Program-made: the position numbers and the translations under genes
Part shown: positions 55,380 to 64,000 of the stretch, in pieces
How positions within the stretch are numbered: position 1 is the first letter of the stretch
Layout: every line of letters begins with the position of its first letter
Notes under the pieces: model-generated
Databases searched by the model: none
What the model was told of the DNA's origin: nothing
The model's input: the letters and a program-made list of their open reading frames with translations, nothing else
IMG/VR virus record: IMGVR_UViG_3300007540_000013
Span: 1-64,000 of that record
Reading direction: 5' to 3' (one strand)
Length of the DNA stretch: 64,000 bases
Source: a virus

Positions 55380-56393
55380 ATGTCTTATAAAAGATTTGAA
55401 GCCGACGATTTAGTAGTAAGTGCTGAACCAGTTACATCTCCAATATGGAGTACTGGAGTACCTATTTTAACAGAATTTTACACTGGATCAGGGCAAGCTA
55501 ATGGAGTAACAGGTAATTACTACCTAAACGTATATCAAACAGGATCTGGTCAATCAACAGCTGCAGTTCAATTTGCCGTTACATACGGCGATATCGAAGG
55601 ATCAGGTTCTACTGCTTACAACTCTGCAGTACCAGAAAAAACATACAGTAGAACAATTTACGGTCAGTTAAGAACTCTTATAACAGGTGATGAAAATACG
55701 AACTTAAGGTTTGGTGAATACGAACCTAAAAATGTGTATGGAATTGCTATAGATAGAGATAGATACAGAGAGAGCTTACTACAAGGATCTTTCAACTTAC
55801 ATCTATCCAGTAGCTCGCCAAGTATTGGGACCCTACACTTAACAGATAATAGCAAGGATGTTAGTACAGTAACCTATAACGATGCTGGTAGAGTTTTCCA
55901 AGTAGTATCCGGTTCTAATGGATCTTCTTACTCAAGTACTGGGTATACAACTAACTCTGGATCCTACGGTATATTTCTACCTGATGTAGGGTTAATATTA
56001 TTAAACGCAGATGCATTAGATGATAATTCTGGCGAAGGTATTAACTTAGGAACTCAGAGATCTTCAAACACGAATAACGATAATGAAGCTAAACTTTATA
56101 ACGCAATCGTAGGAGCAGCAAATTTCCAATTGAACTACCAGGAGACCATATCTTCGCAGTTTGTATTTACAAGAGTACGTAATAGTGAATTCAACTATTC
56201 AACTAACCCTTCGTACATTACAGGATCTGGCGACTTACGTATTAATAATTTCATTAACGCTCCACAAACATATATTACAACTGTAGGGATGTATAATGAT
56301 AATAACGAGTTATTAGCTGTAGCTAAATTATCTAAACCTTTATTAAAAGACTTCACTAAAGAAGCGTTAATTCGCATCAAGTTAGACTTCTAA
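55380..56393 (+). CDS. Virion structural protein (tail-collar-like C-terminus)
   Basis: EFNYSTNPS...YITTVGMYND.NELLAVAKLSKP. Confidence 0.65.
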   Translation: MSYKRFEADDLVVSAEPVTSPIWSTGVPILTEFYTGSGQANGVTGNYYLNVYQTGSGQSTAAVQFAVTYGDIEGSGSTAYNSAVPEKTYSRTIYGQLRTLITGDENTNLRFGEYEPKNVYGIAIDRDRYRESLLQGSFNLHLSSSSPSIGTLHLTDNSKDVSTVTYNDAGRVFQVVSGSNGSSYSSTGYTTNSGSYGIFLPDVGLILLNADALDDNSGEGINLGTQRSSNTNNDNEAKLYNAIVGAANFQLNYQETISSQFVFTRVRNSEFNYSTNPSYITGSGDLRINNFINAPQTYITTVGMYNDNNELLAVAKLSKPLLKDFTKEALIRIKLDF

Positions 56394-56396
56394 TGA

Positions 56397-57593
56397 ATGA
56401 GTACTTATATAAAACTCAACAAGCAAGATACCTACGTAACTACCTATACTGCGCATAAACCATGGGTGCTTACCAACCATTTGACTAGCTCTTATGGTAT
56501 AAGGAAATATACTGCGTTATCAAGTTCCGGTATTGTCTCTATGGACAATATAACTCTAACAGAAGACAGTCAAAGCGCTGAACTTCTTTATAGGAGTCTT
56601 CACCATTTGTATTATTCTGGATTTTCTACCGGAAGTAGTATTTCAAGCTCTGCAGAAAACTATCATCAGACAACTCTATATGATAGTTCTTCCCGTGAGA
56701 TCTTTTCAACAGCATCCTTGTATTCTATTCCTACGGATATATACGGACATGGGTTAGTACCTGGAACAATTCATATAAAATCTCAACCTACAGGAAGTTT
56801 CTACATAGTCGACGACGGAGAAGGTAAACTAAGATCATCAGGATCTTTCGATTACAGTGCAGTAACCTCTTCACAAACTACTACTCATATATCTTCTAGT
56901 ACTTTTGACTCAGCACCAAGTAGTACTGAATTAGATATAACACCGGGTATTGCTATCGGTCCATCTTCTGAATGGAACTTAACTAGGATTACCTGGTCAG
57001 GGGGTACGGGAGACTCCCCAATCACTGAGAATGGGGTAAAAGTAAGTATAGTAACAGATCAAGCATCTTTAGATGTAATTTCTTTTACCAGCGCAACTAC
57101 TTTAGAAACTAGTGATCTGAGTATAATTAGATTCCTATCGACTCCAGATAATGTAAATACTTTAAATTTCACTTTCGAATCCTCTAGTTTTACTACCACT
57201 AGGCCTTCAAGCAGTATTGTTGATAATCAAGTTCTAGGTGACGTAATTTATACTCACGGTAATTTAATATTAACTGAAGATAGTACAATCTACCACGTTG
57301 AAAACCAACCATCCTACTCCTTAGCATTTAAAGGATCTTACTTAGTATACACTCATAATTTTAGATGTAAAGCAAGTGAGACGCAGTTAAACTATTCTCA
57401 AAATCCTACTATAAAATCTGGTAGTTTAGGTGATATTAAAGAGTTTGCAACAGGAAGTTACTTTAGACCTTATGTTACAACAGTAGGATTGTATAATGAC
57501 TCAGACGAACTCATCGCCATAGGAAAGATGGGACAACCCATCCCAAAGTCTAGATACATGGATATGACGTTTGTCGTAAAATTTGACATATAA
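56397..57593 (+). CDS. Virion structural protein, paralogous C-terminus to upstream gene
   Basis: LNYSQNPT...YVTTVGLYND.DELIAIGKMGQP. Confidence 0.65.
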   Translation: MSTYIKLNKQDTYVTTYTAHKPWVLTNHLTSSYGIRKYTALSSSGIVSMDNITLTEDSQSAELLYRSLHHLYYSGFSTGSSISSSAENYHQTTLYDSSSREIFSTASLYSIPTDIYGHGLVPGTIHIKSQPTGSFYIVDDGEGKLRSSGSFDYSAVTSSQTTTHISSSTFDSAPSSTELDITPGIAIGPSSEWNLTRITWSGGTGDSPITENGVKVSIVTDQASLDVISFTSATTLETSDLSIIRFLSTPDNVNTLNFTFESSSFTTTRPSSSIVDNQVLGDVIYTHGNLILTEDSTIYHVENQPSYSLAFKGSYLVYTHNFRCKASETQLNYSQNPTIKSGSLGDIKEFATGSYFRPYVTTVGLYNDSDELIAIGKMGQPIPKSRYMDMTFVVKFDI

Positions 57594-58081
57594 TGACACT
57601 CACTCCAGTATCTTGGAGATTTAGAGATAAACTTATAACTGAAATAGACGATATGCCCGAAGGTACTTTCGGCTTCATTTATAGAGTTACTCATCTCCCG
57701 ACTAAGAAAAAGTACATAGGAAAGAAAGTTTTATTCTTTGAACGTAACGTTAAGTTAGGTAAGAGAGAATTAGAAGCTTTAAAAGAAGAGAGAAAAGCTG
57801 CCGGCATAGGTGGTAGAGTACCTGCTAAAAAGAAAGTAGTTAAGGAATCTGATTGGAAAGAATACTACGGTTCACAAGAAGAAATCAAGAAACTAGCTAG
57901 ATCTTCTAAACCAGAAGATTGGACTAGAGAGATATTAGATTTCGTTCCAACAAAAAAATTGTTGACTTATTACGAAATAAAGCATATCTTTATTAATGAT
58001 GCTTTAGAAGATCCCGACTTTCTAAATGATAACATCTTAGGTAAGTTCTACCAGAAAGACTTTATCAAAGTTGGTTCTTAG
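57593..58081 (+). CDS. GIY-YIG (Seg-like) endonuclease
   Basis: GFIYRVT...KYIGKK, ESDWKEYYGS, REIL, YYE, N.NILG. Confidence 0.75.
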   Translation: MTLTPVSWRFRDKLITEIDDMPEGTFGFIYRVTHLPTKKKYIGKKVLFFERNVKLGKRELEALKEERKAAGIGGRVPAKKKVVKESDWKEYYGSQEEIKKLARSSKPEDWTREILDFVPTKKLLTYYEIKHIFINDALEDPDFLNDNILGKFYQKDFIKVGS

Positions 58082-58101
58082 TATATAATTTCTTATATTA
58101 A
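58071..58101 (+). promoter_or_regulatory. Early/middle promoter TTG-N20-TATATTAA for primase
   Basis: Exact consensus spacing. Confidence 0.7.
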
Positions 58102-58124
58102 GGTAATAACTAGTTATACTCTCT

Positions 58125-59051
58125 ATGGAGAACGGATTACTGCTAAACGCAGTTGAAGGAGTTTTAGGCAAAAGTCATAAACGAGCAAGAGACAATTACG
58201 CGTTTCATTGCCCGTTCTGTAATCACCGTAAACCTAAGTTAGAAGTTAAGATGACTTCTGATGAAAAAGGACACAACCCATGGGAATGCTGGGTATGTAA
58301 TACTCGAGGACGTACTATAAAGTCTCTTCTCCGTCAGATGAAGATTGGCAAGGAAGAAGCTATTGAAGTTCTTAAGTACGTTAAGAAAGGTGATAAGATT
58401 ACCTACCACGACTTAGAGGTAGTTGAATTACCGAAAGAATTCCAACCGTTACACTTAGCCTCTACTACTTCCATTATTGCTAATAAGATCAGAAAGTATC
58501 TCTATAGAAGAGGGTTGACTGATAATGATTTTATTAAGTATAATATCGGCTACTGTATGACCGGTGAATACGGAGGTAGAATTATCATTCCATCGTATAA
58601 TGAAAATAATCAATTAAACTTTTTTGTAGGTAGAACGTTTGAAGATGCTTTTATGAAGTATAAGAATCCGTCTGCCTCTAAAGATATAGTCGTATTTGAA
58701 AATATGATTAATTGGAATCAGCCAATCGTACTCGTTGAAGGAGTGTTCGATGCTATGGCTGTTAAGCGTAATGCTGTTCCAATCTTGGGTAAAACTTTAT
58801 CTAAGAGCTTAATGAAGAAATTAGTTTCTAGTAAGGTTCAAGACATTTATATAGCATTAGATAAGGATGCATTAAAGAAAGCGCTAAGCTATTCTGAGCA
58901 GTTCTTATCAATGGGTAAACGTGTCTTCTTAGTAGATATGGTAGACAAAGATCCTAGCGAGATGGGTTTCTCTAATTTTACTCATCACGTCCAATCCGCT
59001 CAAGAGCTAACCTTCAGCGACCTCTTGAAGCACAAACTACAACTAGCATGA
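58125..59051 (+). CDS. DNA primase (Zn-binding plus TOPRIM)
   Basis: CPFC..H...CWVC; RIIIP; LVEGVFDA; ALDKDA; KDP. Confidence 0.92.
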   Translation: MENGLLLNAVEGVLGKSHKRARDNYAFHCPFCNHRKPKLEVKMTSDEKGHNPWECWVCNTRGRTIKSLLRQMKIGKEEAIEVLKYVKKGDKITYHDLEVVELPKEFQPLHLASTTSIIANKIRKYLYRRGLTDNDFIKYNIGYCMTGEYGGRIIIPSYNENNQLNFFVGRTFEDAFMKYKNPSASKDIVVFENMINWNQPIVLVEGVFDAMAVKRNAVPILGKTLSKSLMKKLVSSKVQDIYIALDKDALKKALSYSEQFLSMGKRVFLVDMVDKDPSEMGFSNFTHHVQSAQELTFSDLLKHKLQLA

Positions 59052-59830
59052 TATATAAAGGTGCTAATGTTCTGAATGAGCATAAGAAGAAGAAGTTAAT
59101 GTATGATGGTCAATTAGAACAGATTACGTTCTTAGACCGTCGAGTTTACAAAAAGGAAGAAGGAGTTTACTACCCTTCTGTTACTACCGTTTTACAGTAT
59201 ATGCCTAAGAATAAGTTCTTCGATAACTGGTTAAAAGACGTCGGACATAATGCTGATCTTATTATGAGAAAAGCAGCAAACGAAGGTAATGCAGTCCATG
59301 AAGCAGTAGAAGATTTGATTGCAGGTAAAGAGATTACTTGGATGGATGATTTTGGTAATGCAAAATATAACCTTGTAGTATGGAATATGATCTTGAAAGC
59401 AGCAGAGTTTTTCAAGAAGCATAAACCAACTGTAATTGCAGCAGAAGAATTTACATTCTCAGATAAGTTTAAATATGCAGGGACTGCTGATTTAATTGTA
59501 GAGATGGACGGCGAAAGATGGTTACTAGATGTTAAAACTTCGAACAATCTCCACCGTTCCTATGACTTACAGCTAGCAGCATATGCTAAAGCTTGGGAAG
59601 AGATGTTTGGACAGAAGATTGATAGAACCGGTATTTTATGGTTGAAATCCTCTAAGAGATCTGAATCTAAGAAAGAAGGAGTATACCAAGGAAAAGGTTG
59701 GGAGATTAAGCAGATTGATAAGATTGATGAGAACTTTGAACTCTTTAAGACTATCTACAGTCTATATAAGCTCGATAACCCGACTACGGAACCTATTTAT
59801 AATAGTTATCCAACTAAAGTAAAACTATGA
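59048..59830 (+). CDS. PD-(D/E)XK exonuclease
   Basis: YPSVTTVL, G.AVH, YAGTAD, DVKTS, QLAAY. Confidence 0.88.
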   Translation: MIYKGANVLNEHKKKKLMYDGQLEQITFLDRRVYKKEEGVYYPSVTTVLQYMPKNKFFDNWLKDVGHNADLIMRKAANEGNAVHEAVEDLIAGKEITWMDDFGNAKYNLVVWNMILKAAEFFKKHKPTVIAAEEFTFSDKFKYAGTADLIVEMDGERWLLDVKTSNNLHRSYDLQLAAYAKAWEEMFGQKIDRTGILWLKSSKRSESKKEGVYQGKGWEIKQIDKIDENFELFKTIYSLYKLDNPTTEPIYNSYPTKVKL

Positions 59831-60663
59831 AACTAGCTGAAGCTCTTCTTTACGAAGCTCCTGAAAGCGCAAAAGCCATTATTATGGCCGGCGCTGCTGG
59901 TGCTGGTAAAACGTATCTTGCTAAGTCTGCTGTTATTCCAAACGCTCCCGGATTTAAGTACATGAATCCAGACACTTACATTGAACGTGAACAAGAGCCG
60001 ATGAACCTAACTCAAGCTTCTGCCCAGGTTGATAATAAAGATGTTCCCGCTGCAGTAGACAGCGCTGAAAACTTTATCTGGGATACTACAGCATCTAGTG
60101 CCGCTAAGATGGTAGGCGGGTTGTTCCGTAAGAAACAAGTACCGGGATTACTTAATAATGAGACTTATGATTTCATGATGATAATGGTGTATGCTGACCC
60201 GATGGTATCTTTCTTAAGAAACTTCCAAAGAGAAAGAAGAGTACCTAAGGTAGCAGTTTTATCTACTTGGAATAAAGTTTACGGTAATATTGGAGCATAC
60301 AGTTCAAAATTAGGTAATAACTTTATGATGTATCAAGCACCTGTTCAAGATGCTGAAATCAAAAAAGAAGTAGAAGCTTTCGAAGCTGCTCATAAAGCAG
60401 GTAAGTTAGAAGAGTACTTCACAAACCTACTAGAAAAAGGTGGAGATAAATTCTCATCAAGTTTTAAGAGTGAAGTTCCTGACGAAGAACTATCACCAGA
60501 AGAACTAGAAAAAAGACAGAAGAGTAGAGCTAAAACCCAAGAGCTATTTGAAGCTCAGATTAGAGAGTTAGCTAAACAATTCGGAGCAGTGAAAGGAGAG
60601 GTTGACAAGTATCTAAAATCTGAAGAAGAGATTGCTTCAAGAGTTAAACAGTTTGCAGGGTAA
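59827..60663 (+). CDS. Zeta-toxin-like P-loop kinase
   Basis: MAGAAGAGKT, NPD, WDTT, RN..RERRVP; late motif at 59793. Confidence 0.75.
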   Translation: MKLAEALLYEAPESAKAIIMAGAAGAGKTYLAKSAVIPNAPGFKYMNPDTYIEREQEPMNLTQASAQVDNKDVPAAVDSAENFIWDTTASSAAKMVGGLFRKKQVPGLLNNETYDFMMIMVYADPMVSFLRNFQRERRVPKVAVLSTWNKVYGNIGAYSSKLGNNFMMYQAPVQDAEIKKEVEAFEAAHKAGKLEEYFTNLLEKGGDKFSSSFKSEVPDEELSPEELEKRQKSRAKTQELFEAQIRELAKQFGAVKGEVDKYLKSEEEIASRVKQFAG

Positions 60664-62837
60664 TGAAAGTAGGAGTAATAGGAGGAGGATTTAAACCACC
60701 ACACAAAGGTCATTACGAGTTAGCAAAACAAGCTTTAGCTCAAGTACCTGATTTAGATAAGATGATTATTTATGTCGGTAAGAACGTTAGAGACGGTATT
60801 GATCAATCTCAATCTGTAGCTATCTGGAATCTATATAAAGATAGCTTAGGTAGCAATGTAGAGATTGTACCTGCTTCAAAAGCACCAATTGGACATATTT
60901 ACTCCTATGCTTCAAATAACCCAGAAGATGAAGTACACTGGTTCTTAGGAGCCAGAGATGAAGAGGATAGAGCTGATATCGCTGATAGAACTTCTTACTT
61001 AGAGAAGAATAGAGAAAAGTATCCTAACTTAAATGTAGAAGTTGTTGAATCAACAGGTACAGATGTAAGCGGTACTGCAGCAAGAAAAGCATTAAGAGCA
61101 GGAGACAAAGAATCGTTCTTTGATTTTATTCCTGATGTAGTAGATAAAGATAAAGTATACGATATTGTGAAGACACCAGAAACTAAAATGGCAGATGCTA
61201 TCGATGAGTTATTTGCTAACTTCATGTATGAAGAACAAGGAGAGGTAGAAGAAATAACAAAAGGATCTCCTGTAGCACCTATTGCAGTACTGCCTTCAGA
61301 ACAAAGACAGAAGCTTCAAAACTATACAAAGATCTTACAAGACGCTCTACCGGATGAATTCGATGTAGAGTATAGACAAGATCATATTAGAGTATCGGTA
61401 CCTTATTTTGATAAAAATAAAAATCATCAAGACGACTGGACTCCTCATCAAACTCAATTACCAGAAGAGGTAGCAGAAGAGACTATCGGGCAATTTAATT
61501 TTGCCCCTTATATTGCTTCAATCTTAGAATACTGTATGACTAAAGGAATGAAAGTTACTCCTATTCCAGAGGTTAAGATTAGACGCGATGAAGAGAACGC
61601 TGCTAACTTATTCGGTAAAACAGGTTACTACCAACCAGATACTCAAGAGATCGTTTTGTATGTAACCGGACGTCATCCTAAGGATGTATTGAGGAGCTTC
61701 TGTCACGAACTTATTCATCACATGCAAAACCTAGAAGGTAGAGCTTTAACTTTCTACACAACTGATGTTCATGCTGATGAAAACCTAAAAGAGATTGAGC
61801 AAGAAGCTCACGCTAAAGGTAGCTTTTTATTTAGAGATTGGGAGAACTCAAACAAAGAACAGGCACCTATTGATGAATCTAATATTGTAGAATCTTTATC
61901 TAGAACACAGAAAGAAGATTTAATAAGACAGGTAATTCGCTTGCAGAGAGATTACGGTGATAATATTGAAAAGATTGCAGCAAGACTAAAACTACCAGCC
62001 AGCCTCAGTAATAAGTTAAGAGCAACCGGAGTAGAGTTCGGTAAAAGATTTGTAGAAGCAGTTTTAGAAGAACAAAAAAAAAGTCTAGAGGAAGGTACTA
62101 AGTACCGTTCTATCGTTGTAGATGTTAGAAAAGCAGTTAACGATGCTTTAAATACTCTTATTAAAGGAGAAAAGCTAGGAGGTTACAACTTACCGGTTAA
62201 GAGAGAGCCTACTGAAGAACATAGAGAATTAGCTAAGCAATACGGGTTTACTCCTCTAGGTCTTATGTTAAACGCTGAATATCAATCTGCATATTTGGGT
62301 ACATTTAAAAGTAAGAGTGAAAAAGGAACACCAACAGAAGTAGGAGTATCGTTAAAGTTTGCCTTATCAGATGAAGTAGAAAAAGGAAAATACCACATAG
62401 ACGGTGAAGCATCAAGTGATGAAGCTGAATTAGACATTATATTAGCATTTAACCCAGAAGACGGGACTAATATGCTACAGCAAATACAGCCTACGTTAAC
62501 CGATCTCATTCGTCACGAGACTGAACATCTAACTCAATCCGGAGAACAGGTTAAGCCTGATAAATGGATGAGAGGTGATCAAGCTAGAAGACAGAAGATC
62601 AGGCAAAACCCAGAATTGTATTATAAGTATTTCTTACTACCTAAAGAAATAGATGCTAACATTCAAGGTTTATATGCTAAGTCTAAATACGAAAAGAATA
62701 GTTTTCAGGATACTGTAGATGCTTACTTAACAGATTTAGTAGGCGATGGGGTTATTACTCAAGCCAACAGTAAGCAGATTTACAATAAATGGAAAACTAG
62801 AGCAGCAGAAATAGGAGGAATCCCAGAGTTAAAATAA
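60663..62837 (+). CDS. Multidomain protein: HxGH cytidylyltransferase-like domain plus two HExxH domains
   Basis: GGFKPPHKGH...SGTAAR; LRSFCHELIHH..E..A; IRHETEH..Q...E.DA. Confidence 0.75.
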   Translation: MKVGVIGGGFKPPHKGHYELAKQALAQVPDLDKMIIYVGKNVRDGIDQSQSVAIWNLYKDSLGSNVEIVPASKAPIGHIYSYASNNPEDEVHWFLGARDEEDRADIADRTSYLEKNREKYPNLNVEVVESTGTDVSGTAARKALRAGDKESFFDFIPDVVDKDKVYDIVKTPETKMADAIDELFANFMYEEQGEVEEITKGSPVAPIAVLPSEQRQKLQNYTKILQDALPDEFDVEYRQDHIRVSVPYFDKNKNHQDDWTPHQTQLPEEVAEETIGQFNFAPYIASILEYCMTKGMKVTPIPEVKIRRDEENAANLFGKTGYYQPDTQEIVLYVTGRHPKDVLRSFCHELIHHMQNLEGRALTFYTTDVHADENLKEIEQEAHAKGSFLFRDWENSNKEQAPIDESNIVESLSRTQKEDLIRQVIRLQRDYGDNIEKIAARLKLPASLSNKLRATGVEFGKRFVEAVLEEQKKSLEEGTKYRSIVVDVRKAVNDALNTLIKGEKLGGYNLPVKREPTEEHRELAKQYGFTPLGLMLNAEYQSAYLGTFKSKSEKGTPTEVGVSLKFALSDEVEKGKYHIDGEASSDEAELDIILAFNPEDGTNMLQQIQPTLTDLIRHETEHLTQSGEQVKPDKWMRGDQARRQKIRQNPELYYKYFLLPKEIDANIQGLYAKSKYEKNSFQDTVDAYLTDLVGDGVITQANSKQIYNKWKTRAAEIGGIPELK

Positions 62838-62838
62838 A

Positions 62839-64000
62839 ATGCAGAAAAGTTTATTAGATTTATTTGAAGTTACTAAAGAGGATATGAATCCTGAATTAAA
62901 GAAGTACCGTCTATATTGCGACATGGACGGAGTACTTTGTGACTTTAAGTATCGTTTCGAATACCTATTTGGTAAAGGTCCTAGAGAGATTGAAGCTGAG
63001 AAAGGAGCACCATACTTCTGGGGAATGATTAGAAGAGTGGGAGCTAAATTCTGGTCAGGTATGCCTTGGACTCCTTCAGGCCGTCAATTATGGTCTGCTA
63101 TCAAAGGATATGAGACTAAACTACTTACTGCACCTCCTCGAGCTTACAGAGACTTCAGTAACTTTGACGAATCAGCAGTTCAAGGAAAAACAGAATGGGC
63201 ACAACGTAACTTAGGGTTAAGTGCTAGTGACGTTTTATTTAAAAGATCAAAAGATAAGCAAGAAATTGCAACTAAGGATATATCAGAAGGATTTATTCCT
63301 ATCTTGATAGATGATAGAATAGATAATATTAACAACTGGAAAGCAGCAGGAGGTATCGGTATACATCATCCGGAGAACACATCTGATATTTCTCCAGTTT
63401 TAGAAAGATTAAGAAAGTTATACAAAGAAGATCCTGCAGACGATACTGAGAAAGAAGTAATTAAAGAGCAGGTAGAGAAAATAAAATTTAAGCAATCTAC
63501 TTTAAACTACAGTACCGTATCTTTAGAACCTTATATTGATAAGGAGACAATGGAAGAGCATTACGGAAGACACTTTAAAGGATATACTGATAAACTCAAC
63601 GCAGAACTAAAAGAGAAAAATATCATCATTGAAGCTGAAGATCAGATTGAAGCTATTCAAAAGATTTTAAGTAAGTACTCTAGTAACGATAAGATTAGAA
63701 ATAACGGCGGCGGATTTTACAACCACGTACTCTACTTTGATAATATGACTCCTACTTACAAAGCACCTTCAGCAAAGTTTAGGAGGTTATTAGAAGAGCA
63801 TTTCGACTCTTTCTCTGAATTCAAACAGCAATTTAAAGACGCTGGATTGAAGCAGTTTGGCTCCGGATGGGTATTCTTAGTAGAAAAAAGAAATAAGTTA
63901 ATTATTGAATCTTACGCTAATCAAGATAATCCTTATTTGGATAATCGATTTAAAGGTACTATCTTATTAGCAATGGATGTATGGGAACACTCATACTATT
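62839..64000 (+). CDS. Fusion of HAD 5'(3')-deoxyribonucleotidase and Fe/Mn superoxide dismutase (3'-truncated)
   Basis: Hand-translated single frame: YCDMDGVL...LIDDR...W..AGGIGI then LEPYID.ETM..H...H, NNGGGFYNH, FGSGW, NQD, DVWEHSYY. Confidence 0.9.
   Translation, partial: MQKSLLDLFEVTKEDMNPELKKYRLYCDMDGVLCDFKYRFEYLFGKGPREIEAEKGAPYFWGMIRRVGAKFWSGMPWTPSGRQLWSAIKGYETKLLTAPPRAYRDFSNFDESAVQGKTEWAQRNLGLSASDVLFKRSKDKQEIATKDISEGFIPILIDDRIDNINNWKAAGGIGIHHPENTSDISPVLERLRKLYKEDPADDTEKEVIKEQVEKIKFKQSTLNYSTVSLEPYIDKETMEEHYGRHFKGYTDKLNAELKEKNIIIEAEDQIEAIQKILSKYSSNDKIRNNGGGFYNHVLYFDNMTPTYKAPSAKFRRLLEEHFDSFSEFKQQFKDAGLKQFGSGWVFLVEKRNKLIIESYANQDNPYLDNRFKGTILLAMDVWEHSYY

Noticed and set aside
59827-60663. 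Epsilon-zeta toxin-antitoxin module
   Set aside because: No small antitoxin gene upstream; the gene directly follows an exonuclease.
2336-62509. Minus-strand and nested ORFs of the ORF track (e.g. 2336-2557, 8136-8378, 28268-28582, 45567-45863, 59170-59547, 5738-5935, 36644-36829)
   Set aside because: They are shadows of well-supported + strand genes, with no promoter, leader or motif. Only 38924-39301 was accepted.
1-64000. Stop-codon reassignment (seen in some large Bacteroidota phages)
   Set aside because: Long intact genes under code 11; TAA, TAG and TGA all end genes adjacent to the next start.

Overview
This 64-kb window is part of a large (probably jumbo) contractile-tailed dsDNA phage genome. 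It is AT-rich, almost entirely + strand, and uses the standard genetic code. The host is most likely Bacteroidota/Flavobacteria, based on a T9SS sorting-domain protein, TTG-N20-TAnnTTT promoters and A-rich leaders without a Shine-Dalgarno. Layout: (1) 1-5.4 kb, an envelope module (Cys-repeat T9SS cargo, beta-barrel-like protein, Trx-fold protein) and lysis genes; (2) 5.4-7.2 kb, Nmad1/DUF1599, an Fe-S PD-(D/E)XK nuclease and an RHH protein; (3) 7.2-27.1 kb, a ~20-kb glycan biosynthesis operon with ~10 glycosyltransferases; (4) 27-33 kb, small early/middle genes (TraR-like, degenerate HNH, DUF932, SWIM); (5) ~33.0-39.4 kb, an array of promoter-plus-small-gene cassettes built on a repeated ~55-bp element, bracketed by inverted 11-bp-phased repeat arrays, enriched in the palindrome TTCCGGAA, and carrying operator-like palindromes and candidate structured RNAs; (6) 39.5-43.2 kb, GIY-YIG, HD hydrolase and a phage sigma factor; (7) 43.2-57.6 kb, baseplate/tail genes rich in [ST]-[GAS]-S tripeptides; (8) 57.6-64 kb, GIY-YIG, primase, exonuclease and a late operon (zeta-like kinase, HxGH nucleotidyltransferase/HExxH multidomain protein, 5'-nucleotidase-superoxide dismutase fusion running off the end). 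All family calls come from motif recognition by eye and all counts are by-eye counts; no searches were run.
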